The translations under genes were made by a program, and so were the position numbers. Under the pieces are notes generated by a model, which saw only the letters and a list, made by a program, of their open reading frames with translations, was not told the origin of the DNA and did no database searches. Below are positions 48,901 through 57,942 of a stretch of DNA of 64,000 nucleotides, piece after piece; the stretch's first letter is position 1; the number at the start of each line of letters is the position of its first letter. Source of the stretch: Armatimonadota bacterium (GTDB taxonomy: Bacteria > Armatimonadota > UBA10988); contig JACRKZ010000012.1 of the NCBI GenBank assembly GCA_016235455.1, forward strand, positions 32,001 to 96,000, in the 5' to 3' direction.

Positions 48901-49563
48901 CCGCGCCCGCAACTCCAGGAAGCGCTGAGCGGTGGTGCGCTGCTCGTGCAGCGGCTCCACCTGCAGGCGCAGTTCGGCGGTCAGGTCATCCACACGGGTC
49001 AGGCTGGCGGCGGTATCGTTGAGCCGGCGCAGCGTGTCGTCGCGCTGGGTGCGGTAGCGCTCGATGCCGGCCACTTCGTCCAACATGCGGCGGCGGTCGG
49101 CGGGGTCGATGGACAGCAGCGCATCGATCTCGCGCTGGCTGATGACCGAGAAGGCCGGCCGGCCCACGCCGGTGTCGAGGAACAGATCGACCACGTCGCG
49201 GCGGCGGCAGACGCGGTTGTTGAGGCGGTATTCGGTCTCGCCATTGCGGTAGACGCGGCGGCCGACGCTGACTTCGGCCATGTCGAGGGGCAACGAGCCG
49301 TCGGCGTTGTCGACGGTCAGCGTAACCTCGGCGTAGCTCAGGGGGCGCCGACCCGAGGAGCCGGCGAAGATGACGTCGGCCGGCTCGCTGGCGCGGATGG
49401 CACTGAGGCGACGTTCGGCGAGCACCCACAGCAGCGCATCGGCGCAGTTGGATTTGCCGCTACCGTTCGGTCCGATGATGGCGGTGATGCCGTCATCGAA
49501 CACGAACTCGGTGGCGTCGGCGAAGGTCTTGAAGCCGTAGAGCTCCAGGCGTTTGAGGCGCAT
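46000..49563 (-). CDS. smc: Chromosome segregation protein SMC
   Basis: GFKTF, GPNGSGKSN, Q-loop, coiled coils, hinge (GRATFLP, GAITGG), LSGGE, LLDELDAPLD, VITH. Confidence 0.97.
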   Translation of the reverse strand: MRLKRLELYGFKTFADATEFVFDDGITAIIGPNGSGKSNCADALLWVLAERRLSAIRASEPADVIFAGSSGRRPLSYAEVTLTVDNADGSLPLDMAEVSVGRRVYRNGETEYRLNNRVCRRRDVVDLFLDTGVGRPAFSVISQREIDALLSIDPADRRRMLDEVAGIERYRTQRDDTLRRLNDTAASLTRVDDLTAELRLQVEPLHEQRTTAQRFLELRARFEGLKLSLQVKDHALSGKRLERLREEMAGLDDAVTAAQAGLAELEAGEQGWRLELLALDEQLGTARGALHEAQLAAERHEADTRLRAEQEHNLSQRLAEADEAERRRADLLADEAERDSADAAEAERLLGELAALKTALEQRREASIAAKQAEDAVQGQASALRAELAQLDRQLATARAQRDSAAEALASATRRLEDLASRGQSAAERQATEQIKVEAAEAAVAAAEQAQAAANESRAQCAAQVTASEARLAELRKRAAAQQEVLGEARGRLSALVAAAQSYQGLFAGVKAVLQARDRGRLKTDFDPVADVLDVADGCDAALEAALGPRLQDLICAGGEDARAAIDLLKAERGGRATFLPMDLLERPGEPGDLSRLRRLPGVVGHALDLVTCDAYFETVRRHLLWNIVVVEDLEAGLGVRRAGFDRLVIATRDGDLIRPSGAITGGSREERGPTLLSRKRELERLEDEVQRREAEQTGLTAEQATSAAEHEAAQTAQREAGHAVYAAQKALSEAERARLQARAALARAESEAGRLGESETQLRADAERAQERMAQAEQAHATASTGREALVAGLAEHDAQYQAARVTRELADQALAAERVSTARVESRLQALGESAQRRAVARERAVREAERAVAERDSWQASIARLRGELEAAQTRHDDLLATVRAASAVVDGLRGQHQELAGRLETGTTELRAARGAQQAALEARHRAELREAQAVAELAHLEQALAEDHPGLTMAQAAERAEPIANRAEAAGELQALREAIGELGDVNVGAIEEYDRVTERIVFYEREKADLQRARDDLLLVMAEIDVVSRERLAQAFEAVNREFDTLFKRVFGTEGTGALAWCDPDNFLESGIEVMVQMPGKRTQNLTLLSGGERAMTTITLLMSMFRVKPTPFCLLDELDAPLDEANLRKYRELLDEFAQSSQFIVITHNPETTRAANTLYGITMAEPGVSRAYSHRVTAA

Positions 49564-49575
49564 CAGGTAGAATGC

Positions 49576-51108
49576 CTAGAACGCCTCGGGCGTGTCGTCT
49601 TCTTCGTCCGCCCACGGCTCCTCGTCCTCGGCGGCCGGCTCATTTTCGTCGTCCTCGTCCTCGTCGTCGTCGTCCAGGTCGGCCCCGAGCAGCGGCTCGC
49701 CATCGTCGTCGAACCCGTCCAGATCGGCATTGAGCCGGCGCGACGACCGCTCGCGCACGGGCGCGGTCGGCGCCACGTCGCCCACGGCGGTGCGCACCCG
49801 GCCCAGCGCCACGCGCGCGGCCTCGCGCACGTCGCCGTCCTGGTCCTTCTCCGCGATTTCGAGGGCATGGCGCGAGCGGCTGTCGCCCAGCTTGCCCAGC
49901 GCCTCAATGACCTTGGCCTTGACGGCAGCCTTCTCGTCGGCCGCGGACAGAATGAGCGGGATGACCGCTTCGGGGCTGCCCAGCTTGCCCAGCGCTTCGG
50001 CGCAGAAGGCGCGCACGCTCCATTCGCTGTCGCGCAGACCGTGCACCAACGGCTCCACGGCCGCCGGATCCTCAAGTTCCAGCAGCGCCTGGGCTGCCTG
50101 CAGCCTCACCATGGCATTGGAATCGTCGAGCATGTCCGACAGCGCCTCGACCGCCACCGGGCCGCCCAGGTCGCGCAGGGCGTTGATGGCTACCGAGCGG
50201 ATGTCGCGGTGCTTTTCCTTGAGCAACGGCAGCAACGAACGCACGGCGCGCTGCACGTCGACATGGCCGACCTTGCCCAGCGCTTCCGCGGCATAGTGGC
50301 GGACCCGCGGGTCGTGGTCGTCCAGCGCCTCGACCAGCGCGTCGAACGAGCGCGCATCGCCCAGCCGGCCCAGCGCGTCGGCGGCGTGAAGCCGGCCATG
50401 GGCGCTGTCGTGGCGCAGCAGACCAATCAGCTCGGCCACCGCGTCGGGGCCGATCTTGACCAGCGCCTGCACGGCGGTGTCGCGCAGGTCGCCCGACGAG
50501 CTGGTCAGCGACATGACCAGCTTGGGGATGGCCTGGGCACTGCCGATCTCGCCCAACGCCTCGGCGGCGTAGCGGCAGAGCTCAACGTTGTCGTCGTCGA
50601 GCATGTCGATGAGCCGGGCCGTGGCGCCGGACGCCTTGATCTTGCCCAGCGCGCGCGCGGCCTGCTTGCGCACCTCGGCGTCGTCGTCGCCCAGCGCGCC
50701 GACCAGCGCATCGAGCGCCGACAGGTCGGCAATGAGCCCGAGCGTCTCGGCGGCGCGCCGGCGCATCTTGGCATCCTTGTCGACCAGCTTCTCGACCAGG
50801 GTCGGCACGGCCTTGACGCCCATGGCGGCCAGGGCCTCGACGCCCTTGCGCTGCACGTTGACGCTGGGATCAGCCAGCGTCTCGACCAGCGGGGTCAAGG
50901 CGCGCTCGGAGCCCAACTCACCCAAGGCCCGGGCAGCGCCCATGCGGACCTGGAAGGAGCCGTCCTTGAGCGCGGTGCAAAGCGGCTCGGTGACATCCTC
51001 GCCGAGGCTCATGATGGCCTCGTGCGCCTTCTCCAACTCCGCCTCGTCGCGGCTGCGGAGTTGCTCGATCAGTTCATCAATGCTCAGCTTGTTGGCTGGC
51101 TTCGCCAT
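49576..51108 (-). CDS. HEAT-repeat (PBS-lyase-like) solenoid with very acidic C-terminus
   Basis: About 14 repeats of L.D....VR..AA.ALG.LG; tail DDDDEDEDDENEPAAEDEE. Confidence 0.9.
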   Translation of the reverse strand: MAKPANKLSIDELIEQLRSRDEAELEKAHEAIMSLGEDVTEPLCTALKDGSFQVRMGAARALGELGSERALTPLVETLADPSVNVQRKGVEALAAMGVKAVPTLVEKLVDKDAKMRRRAAETLGLIADLSALDALVGALGDDDAEVRKQAARALGKIKASGATARLIDMLDDDNVELCRYAAEALGEIGSAQAIPKLVMSLTSSSGDLRDTAVQALVKIGPDAVAELIGLLRHDSAHGRLHAADALGRLGDARSFDALVEALDDHDPRVRHYAAEALGKVGHVDVQRAVRSLLPLLKEKHRDIRSVAINALRDLGGPVAVEALSDMLDDSNAMVRLQAAQALLELEDPAAVEPLVHGLRDSEWSVRAFCAEALGKLGSPEAVIPLILSAADEKAAVKAKVIEALGKLGDSRSRHALEIAEKDQDGDVREAARVALGRVRTAVGDVAPTAPVRERSSRRLNADLDGFDDDGEPLLGADLDDDDEDEDDENEPAAEDEEPWADEEDDTPEAF

Positions 51109-51868
51109 GGGTCGCCTCATCCTTCGGGCTCAACGGGCCCAATGCCTCACAAAGCTTGGTGCAGGCCGCCTCAACGTCGACCTTGGTGGCGGGCTTCTCG
51201 AGCGAGAGCGCGGCGCGCGCGGCGCCCAGCGCCGCCTTGGCGCCGGCCAACGGGCCGGTAGCGGCGCCCTTCTCGTCGGTGGCCGCGCCGTTGCCGCGCT
51301 CGGCCAGTTCGATGGTCAGCAGCGTGCGCTCCACGTCGTCGAGCTGGCTCAGCGCATCGCCCAAGTTGCCCACATGGGCCGAATCGAGCACCTTGCGGGC
51401 CTGCGCGGTCGCCGCGGTGGCACCATCGCGCTTGATCCCGGCCAGCGTGCCCTGCATCGTGCCGATGCGCAGGTTGGCCTCCTGCAAGGCCGCGCCACCG
51501 CCACCGCGCTGCGTGGCGAACACCACGGCCAGCACGATCACCAGCAGCACCGCCACGAGCGTCAGCAGCAGCCCCAGCCCGCCGCCCGGCGCAGCGCCAT
51601 CAGCTTCGCTCGCCACCGGCGCGGCGGCCGGCTCGGCCGCGGGTTCGGGTGCGGGCGGCGGCGCGGGCGCAAGCTCCTCGAGTTCGGCCAGGAAGCCGCG
51701 GATCTGCTGGCAGGTGCGCGGTCCGATGCCGTAGTGGGCCCGGATGGCCTCGTCGGTCATGCCTCGGAAGTGCTCCAAGGGCAGCGCATCGGTGCCAAAG
51801 CGCATGGCCTGGAGTTCGCTGAGGCGGTCGACGGTGTCGTTCTGAGGGGCGCTCGCTTGGTCGGACAT
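51077..51868 (-). CDS. Bitopic membrane protein with N-terminal helix-hairpin-helix-like motif
   Basis: MTDEAIRAHYGIGPRTCQQI; Pro/Ala linker; TM LGLLLTLVAVLLVIVLAVVFA; helical C-domain; AAGGGAG RBS. Confidence 0.7.
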   Translation of the reverse strand: MSDQASAPQNDTVDRLSELQAMRFGTDALPLEHFRGMTDEAIRAHYGIGPRTCQQIRGFLAELEELAPAPPPAPEPAAEPAAAPVASEADGAAPGGGLGLLLTLVAVLLVIVLAVVFATQRGGGGAALQEANLRIGTMQGTLAGIKRDGATAATAQARKVLDSAHVGNLGDALSQLDDVERTLLTIELAERGNGAATDEKGAATGPLAGAKAALGAARAALSLEKPATKVDVEAACTKLCEALGPLSPKDEATHGEASQQAEH

Positions 51869-51900
51869 GACCCACTCCCTTGACCGGATTAGCCCGCAAG

Positions 51901-51929
51901 ATGATACCACACAACGGCCCGCCCGCCAA
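51901..51929 (-). promoter_or_regulatory. Putative sigma70 promoter for the HhH-HEAT-smc genes
   Basis: Minus strand TTGGCG-17 bp-TATCAT with TGn extension. Confidence 0.6.
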
Positions 51930-51976
51930 GGCGGGATCGTGCGGCGCGGCACCGTTTGTGTGGCGCTTGGGGCCTG

Positions 51977-54712
51977 TTAGCGCCTCAGAACCAGCATTGC
52001 GGTCTGCCATGGCGCCAACGACAGGGCCGCGGAGCGCCCGGCGGCGGGCAGGGCCTGGCCCGACACACGGTCGACAAGCCGGCTGGCCACATCGGTCAGT
52101 CGCGCGTCCCAGGTGAGCCTGGCGCGGCACGGTGCGGCACTGGGGTTGTGCACCACCAGGTAGAGCGGGCCGCCGCGCTCGCGGCCGTAGCGTTCGCACA
52201 CCAGCCCGCCGGGCGTGGCCTTGGCCAGCGTGACCGGCTCCCAGCCGGCGGCGCTCAGGTCGCGCAGCAGGGGCGCATAGCGGCGCATGAGCGGCCGGAA
52301 GGCCTCCAATCGCGCCAGGTCGGCTCCGTTGCCCGTGCCCGGCCAGACCGCATAGGGCAGATTGCGCGCGATGGCGCGCTCCTTGTCCGCCGTGCTCACC
52401 TCCGGCAGCAGATAGGCGTAGTTCATGTGGCTGAGTGGCTTGCGATAGGCCAGCGCTCGGCAGTAGGACAGGCGTTCGGCGTCGTGGAAGCTCTCCAGAT
52501 CGCCACCCTCGCCCACACCGATGGCGTCGAGCAGGTGCGCATAGAAGATGTGACAGAAGGGGAACGTGTTGGCCTGCACCAGCTTGCCGCGCTGGTGCAT
52601 GGCGTCGGCGATGGCGGTGTACAGCTCGTAGTGGGAGAACGCGCCGAGTTGGGCGGGCGCGCCGGTGCGGAAACTGGCGATCAGCGGTATGTCGGCCGTC
52701 GCCCAGTGCTCGGCGCGCGCATCCTCGGCGGTGTCGAACGTGCCCCAGCACAGACTGTCGAGGTAGGCGCCGTCCACGCGCGGGTCGCCCAAGGCCCGTT
52801 GACCCTCATGGTCGAACCACAGGCTGGCGCGCGACGGCCGGGGCAGCTCGGGATCGCCCGCGCAGTTGACCGCCACGCGGTCGGGCGGCGCGGCGTAGAC
52901 GCTGGGTTCGCCCTCGCCGCCGATGTAGCTGTTGAGCGCGGCCTGGGCCAGCTCCGCGTCGGGCAGGCCCACGGGTTGGGTGGAGAAGGGGTAGTCGGTA
53001 AGCACCGTCACCGGCTGCGCGGCGCGCCGCAGCAAGTCGGCCAGGAGGTCGGGCAGGCGCAGCCGCCCCTGGTCGAAAGCGCCCGTGTGCTGCCAGAGCG
53101 TGCTCGGCTCGGCATACGTGAAGGACAATCCGCCGTGTACGTCGTCGAAGGCAACGCGGTCCTCGCTGAACGGCTCCTGCTCATGGAAGACCAGGCCCAG
53201 TTCCTCGGGCTGGGGCACGGCCGGGTTGACCCACAGGTGCCACAGCCCCTCGCGGTCGACGCGGCGAGCGAAGAACTGTGGGTAGAGGTCGTAGTAGCGC
53301 TGGGCAGCGGCACGGAAGCCCCAGTCGGCCTCGGGCACGCGGCTCAACACGAAGCGGAACGACGCACGCGACGGGAACCGGCGAGTCCTGGCCGACAGGC
53401 CCAGGTCGAAGCGCACCACCAGCGCCCGGCGGCGCGCGCTGTGGTCGTAGTCCGTCGAACTGAGCCGTGGCCAGTCGAGCGGACGGGCCAGCATCAGCCC
53501 CGTACGCCCCCGGGTCAGCGCGCTCCAGGGGTAGACCGACATCAGATGCCCGCCATTGGCGCCGCTCAAGCCATAGCCGAAGGCGTGCTGGTACCGACCC
53601 TCCTCGGCCACGGCGCGGGCGTGGTTCAGGTCATCGCCCCACTGCCAGCCGGCAGCGTCGATGGGCAGCACCCAGGACACCACCACGGCCCGGTCGACGC
53701 CGCGCGTGTCGGCCAGCTCACCGGTGACCACCAGCCGGTCGTCGCCGCCCTCGAGGCTGCCGCGCAGGGTCAGGCCCAGCGCCTCACAAGCCAGGTCGAG
53801 CACGGGCGACGGCGCCCTGTCGCCACGGCTGGCAAAGCGCTCGTAGCGCGGCGCCTCGGTGATGTCCCAGGCGTAGAAGCCGCCCGGTTCAGCGGCCAGC
53901 CGCGGCAGGGCCTGGCCGTCAAGCCGCACCGCGCGCGCCGCGCCGTCGGCGTCCAGATCGAGCGCCAGCCCATCGCGCGTGGTCACGACGCAGGTCGCCC
54001 GGGCGGCCGTTGGCGCCGCCTCGCGCGCGGATTCCAGGGCGCGGTCCACCCCGGCGGTGCCGCGCGTGGCGGCACCCGCGGGCAGCGCGAGGTCAATCTC
54101 ATCGAACTGCGCGCCGCGCAGCGTGTCGCCGGAATCGGCACGGAAGGACAGGTGCCCGGCGCTGCCCAGATCGTGGGCCAGCCAGTCGCTGGCCGCCACG
54201 GGTGTGCCATTCTCGGCGGTCAGGGCCAGTCGCACCCGCTCGGGCTCGTCGCTGACCACGACGTGGTACCAGGTGTCGGGCCGCAGCCCCTCGGCCGACC
54301 AGCGCGTGGCCCAACTGCCGGCCACGGTGGTCCACACGGCCAGAGCGTTCCGGTCGAACTCGAACCACCAGGCCGTGCCCTCGGCCCGGGCGTGGGACAC
54401 GACCAGGCGGTAGCCCCCGGCCTCCTCGGCTGGCTGGCGGAAGTCGAACGCCAGCCGGTAGGGCTGGCTGAGCGCCTGACGCAACTCGAGGCCGGCGTTG
54501 CCCGGTTGGGCCCGCGCATGGATGGCCCGACCGGCCCCACGTGGCTCGAAGATCGGTGCGGCGCCGCCCACGGGGAGCGTCGACCAGACAGAAGTATCGA
54601 GCCCTCCGGCATCGAATGTCTCGTGCAGGGCAGTGCGCCAGTCTGGTGTCTGGGCTGACGCGGGCCACAGCACCAGGGCAAGAGCGAGGGCGGTGAACAG
54701 TCGGCGACACAT
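51977..54712 (-). CDS. Large secreted protein, lectin-like N-domain plus putative glycoside-hydrolase barrel
   Basis: Signal peptide; HETFD...DTWYHVVV; WGFRAAAQRYY; DGAYLDS; AGWEPVT. Confidence 0.65.
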   Translation of the reverse strand: MCRRLFTALALALVLWPASAQTPDWRTALHETFDAGGLDTSVWSTLPVGGAAPIFEPRGAGRAIHARAQPGNAGLELRQALSQPYRLAFDFRQPAEEAGGYRLVVSHARAEGTAWWFEFDRNALAVWTTVAGSWATRWSAEGLRPDTWYHVVVSDEPERVRLALTAENGTPVAASDWLAHDLGSAGHLSFRADSGDTLRGAQFDEIDLALPAGAATRGTAGVDRALESAREAAPTAARATCVVTTRDGLALDLDADGAARAVRLDGQALPRLAAEPGGFYAWDITEAPRYERFASRGDRAPSPVLDLACEALGLTLRGSLEGGDDRLVVTGELADTRGVDRAVVVSWVLPIDAAGWQWGDDLNHARAVAEEGRYQHAFGYGLSGANGGHLMSVYPWSALTRGRTGLMLARPLDWPRLSSTDYDHSARRRALVVRFDLGLSARTRRFPSRASFRFVLSRVPEADWGFRAAAQRYYDLYPQFFARRVDREGLWHLWVNPAVPQPEELGLVFHEQEPFSEDRVAFDDVHGGLSFTYAEPSTLWQHTGAFDQGRLRLPDLLADLLRRAAQPVTVLTDYPFSTQPVGLPDAELAQAALNSYIGGEGEPSVYAAPPDRVAVNCAGDPELPRPSRASLWFDHEGQRALGDPRVDGAYLDSLCWGTFDTAEDARAEHWATADIPLIASFRTGAPAQLGAFSHYELYTAIADAMHQRGKLVQANTFPFCHIFYAHLLDAIGVGEGGDLESFHDAERLSYCRALAYRKPLSHMNYAYLLPEVSTADKERAIARNLPYAVWPGTGNGADLARLEAFRPLMRRYAPLLRDLSAAGWEPVTLAKATPGGLVCERYGRERGGPLYLVVHNPSAAPCRARLTWDARLTDVASRLVDRVSGQALPAAGRSAALSLAPWQTAMLVLRR

Positions 54713-54844
54713 GGCGGCACCCCTGGGGAACACGTCGTTCGGCTGAGGCTAGCACCAGAGCGAGTGCGCGGCAACAGGCCTCTTGGATGGGTCAGACTGC
54801 AGGAGGAATGGCCGATTTGCGGTGTTAGCCGCCACTCTTGCGAA

Positions 54845-54878
54845 TTGCGACGGTCATACACCTATGGTATAGTGACCG
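54845..54878 (+). promoter_or_regulatory. Sigma70 promoter overlapped by an inverted repeat
   Basis: TTGCGA-17 bp-TATAGT with TGn extension; CGGTCA(54851)...TGACCG(54878) inverted repeat. Confidence 0.65.
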
Positions 54879-54927
54879 GCGTCCTTGTGCAGGGGTAGCA
54901 GGTCGTCTAGAAGAGGGAGCCAGGACG

Positions 54928-57900
54928 GTGCGGCAACACATTTCGCGGACCCGAGCCATTCGAAGCTGGGCCGTTCTCCTCGTGACACTCCTCACAGCGC
55001 CGAGTTGGGCAGCGGTCGCGCTGGCCGACGCCAAGGCGTTGCCAACGGGCGGGGCGGCCGGTCGGCCCGCGATCTCGCCTGATGGCACGCTGGTCGCGTT
55101 CGTCTCCGACCGTGAGGGCGCCGACAACCTGTACGTCGTGCCCTTGGCCGGCGGCACGCCCAAGGCGTTGACCCGCGAAACGCGCGCTGGCGTCCGCATG
55201 GACACGCCGCGCTGGTCGCCCGACGGCGCGTTCCTGGTCTACTCGTCGAACAAGGGTGCCGAAGGCGGGCTCGACCTGTGGACCATCGGCGCCGACGGCC
55301 AGCGCGACGAAGCGCTGACCAAGGACGCCGCCGTGGACTGGATGCCCTCGTGGTCGCCGGACGGCAAGACCATCGCCTTCGTTTCCGACCGCGACGGCAA
55401 CGACGGCCTGTGGCTGATCGGTACCGACGGCAGCGGCCTGCGCAAGATCGCCGAAATGGCCTATGAGCCGGCCTACAGCCCCGACGGCAAGAGCATCGCC
55501 GCCTATCAGGTGCGTGCCGGCGGCGATGGCCTGTACCTCTTTGACGCGGCCGGCACGGCGCAGCCCCGGCTGCTGCTGGGCGGCGGACGCATGCCCGCCT
55601 GGAGCCCCGACGGGCGCAGCGTGGTGGCGGTCAAGACCGACGACGGCGGCACCCGCCTGTGGCAGGTGGACGTGGTCAAGGGCAGCGCCGAGCCGCTGAG
55701 CGACGCCGCGCCGTCGCTGGCCTGGCCGGTGTGGGGCAAGGGCGGCGTGCTGGTCTATGAGGCCAAGCCGAGCACCCAGCGCCAACTGTTCCTGCTCACC
55801 CCGCCCGAAGTGCGCGCGGTGACCAACATCGTCGAGCCGCTGGCCGGCGCCACGGTGCGCGGCGGTGTGACGGTGCGAGTACGCGTCGGCGCCGAAGGTG
55901 GCCGCATTGCCACTTGGGCACTCGAGTTTGGCAAGGGCGCCAACCCCGATACGTGGAGCCCCCTGGCCGACGGCACCGGCGCCGTGGACGGCCCGGCCGC
56001 CACATGGAACACCAGTGGCCTCGAAGGCGCCTACACGCTGCGCCTGACCACGGTGACCGAGGGCGGCGAAACGGCGGTCAGCGTCGTGCCTGTCACGGTC
56101 TACGGCCAGTACGGCGTGCTCTGGCAGAACCACAGCATCGCCCAGGCCATGACCGTCGGTCAGACGATCGACGCCGAGGTGACACTGCGTAACAACGGCA
56201 CCATGACCTGGCGCAATGACGGCGCCTTCGCCGTGGCCGGCGGCTACCAGTGGCTGGACGCCGGCGGTGTGCCGGTCTCGGGCGAGGCCCCGCTGGCGGC
56301 GCTGCCGCAGGCCGTGCCGGCGGGCGAGCAGGCCAGCCTGCGCGTCAAGATCACCGCGCCGACCTCGCCGGGCCGCTACACGCTGCGCTTCGACCTGCGC
56401 CAGGGCGGCCAGGTCTGGTTCCATGAGCAGGGCGCTCGCCCGCTCGACGTGCCGGTGGCGGTGACGCTGTCACACGCGGCTGAAATTGACGTGCCGGCGG
56501 TGCCGGCGGTGATGGTGCCCGGCCAGATCTACTCGGTCGAGGCCCGCGTCACCAATCGTGGCACCGAGCCCTGGCCGGCGGCGGCCAACGGCGCGGCCGT
56601 GGCGGCCGACACGGTGGTGCTGGCCACGCGCTGGCGCGACATCGATGGTGGCCTGGTGGACTCCCCGCCGGCGGTGACGCCGTTGCTCAAGGCGCTGCCC
56701 GCGGGCGAATCCGCGGTGGTCCTGGCCCAGGTGCAGGCGCCGTCGACCAACGGCCGCTACCTGATGAGCTTCGAAGTGCGCGACCAACTCGGCTCGTTCG
56801 GGCCGCAGAGCGCCATCTCGCCGCAAGTGGCGGTGTCGGTCTCGTCGCCCTACAGCGCGATGTTCGGTGATCACACCACGCCGGGCCGCATGTTCCCCGG
56901 TGAGCTGGTGCCCGTGACCGTGCAGTTGCGCAATACCGGCGCGCTGCGCTGGCGGGCTGACGGCGCCACCGCGGTGCGGCTGGTGACACGCTGGGTGGAC
57001 GAGAAGGGCCGGCCCGCCTCGGCGAGCAACCTGCCCACGCCGCTGCCCTACGATGTGCCCGCCGGCCAGACAGCTTCGGTCTCGGCGCGCTTGCAGAGCC
57101 CGTCCGAGCCCGGCGAGTACGTGCTCGTGTGGGATCTGGAGCAGGCTGGTGGCCGGCGCTTTGGCGAGATGGGCAACACGGCGCTCAAGGTGCCGGTGAT
57201 GGTCGGCGCGCCGACCCACGGCGTGCGCTGGGAGCAAGGCAACCATCCCACCAGCCTGGTGGTCGGCTCGGTCTACACGGCCAACATCCGGCTCACCAAC
57301 ACGGGCTCCATGACCTGGCCCGCCGAAGGCGCCGAGCGCGTCCGCCTGGGCTATCGCTGGGTGGCGCCCAACGGGATGGAGGTGGCCAGTCAGCCGCTGT
57401 TCACCGACCTGGAGAAGGCGGTCGATGGTGGCCAGACCGTGACGCTGACAGCGCGCCTCAAGGCGCCTGAGCGGCCCGGCAGCTACCTGATCAAGTGGGA
57501 CCTGTACCAGATGGGCTACGACTACTTCTCGGCGCGCGGCGCGGCCACCATGGACGTGCCGGTGTCGGTGGATGTGGTCTACGGCTGCCACTGGCTGAGC
57601 AACGACACGCCCTCCAAGGTGGCTGCCAACCAGCGCTACCGGGTCAACCTGCGGCTGCAGAACACGGGCACCATCCCGTGGGAAGCCGGCGGCGCGGTGC
57701 CCGTGCAGGTGGTCTATCGCTGGGTCAACGCGGCCGGTACCACGGTCGCCGTGACCGACGCGGCGGTGGCCAAGCTGCCGGCGTTGGTGCAGCCCGGTGA
57801 GAGCGTGGACGTCAGCGCCTTCCTGGTGGCGCCCAAGGAGCGCGGCCGGTTCGACCTCGAGTGGGACCTGCAGTTCGCCGGGACGCTGCTGTTCAGCGAC

Positions 57901-57942
57901 AAGGGCGTGGCGGCGCTGCGGGTGCCGGTCACGGTCGAATGA
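54928..57942 (+). CDS. Secreted TolB-like (PD40) propeller with five NBR1-like Ig repeats
   Basis: Repeated P.WSPDG..IAF.SDR; five modules with N.G...W and P..PG.Y....D. Confidence 0.85.
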   Translation: MRQHISRTRAIRSWAVLLVTLLTAPSWAAVALADAKALPTGGAAGRPAISPDGTLVAFVSDREGADNLYVVPLAGGTPKALTRETRAGVRMDTPRWSPDGAFLVYSSNKGAEGGLDLWTIGADGQRDEALTKDAAVDWMPSWSPDGKTIAFVSDRDGNDGLWLIGTDGSGLRKIAEMAYEPAYSPDGKSIAAYQVRAGGDGLYLFDAAGTAQPRLLLGGGRMPAWSPDGRSVVAVKTDDGGTRLWQVDVVKGSAEPLSDAAPSLAWPVWGKGGVLVYEAKPSTQRQLFLLTPPEVRAVTNIVEPLAGATVRGGVTVRVRVGAEGGRIATWALEFGKGANPDTWSPLADGTGAVDGPAATWNTSGLEGAYTLRLTTVTEGGETAVSVVPVTVYGQYGVLWQNHSIAQAMTVGQTIDAEVTLRNNGTMTWRNDGAFAVAGGYQWLDAGGVPVSGEAPLAALPQAVPAGEQASLRVKITAPTSPGRYTLRFDLRQGGQVWFHEQGARPLDVPVAVTLSHAAEIDVPAVPAVMVPGQIYSVEARVTNRGTEPWPAAANGAAVAADTVVLATRWRDIDGGLVDSPPAVTPLLKALPAGESAVVLAQVQAPSTNGRYLMSFEVRDQLGSFGPQSAISPQVAVSVSSPYSAMFGDHTTPGRMFPGELVPVTVQLRNTGALRWRADGATAVRLVTRWVDEKGRPASASNLPTPLPYDVPAGQTASVSARLQSPSEPGEYVLVWDLEQAGGRRFGEMGNTALKVPVMVGAPTHGVRWEQGNHPTSLVVGSVYTANIRLTNTGSMTWPAEGAERVRLGYRWVAPNGMEVASQPLFTDLEKAVDGGQTVTLTARLKAPERPGSYLIKWDLYQMGYDYFSARGAATMDVPVSVDVVYGCHWLSNDTPSKVAANQRYRVNLRLQNTGTIPWEAGGAVPVQVVYRWVNAAGTTVAVTDAAVAKLPALVQPGESVDVSAFLVAPKERGRFDLEWDLQFAGTLLFSDKGVAALRVPVTVE

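Noticed and set aside
46000-49563. SMC as a Wadjet/MksB or SbcC defence ATPase
   Set aside because: Canonical hinge, length and head motifs of housekeeping Smc; no jetABD, mksEF or sbcD neighbours.
46099-51261. 1720-aa plus-strand ORF and other long antisense ORFs (19748-22567, 51956-54658, 17540-19543, 1547-3352, 32550-34796)
   Set aside because: They mirror well-supported genes on the opposite strand, have no motifs, and are expected stop-poor shadows of high-GC codon usage.
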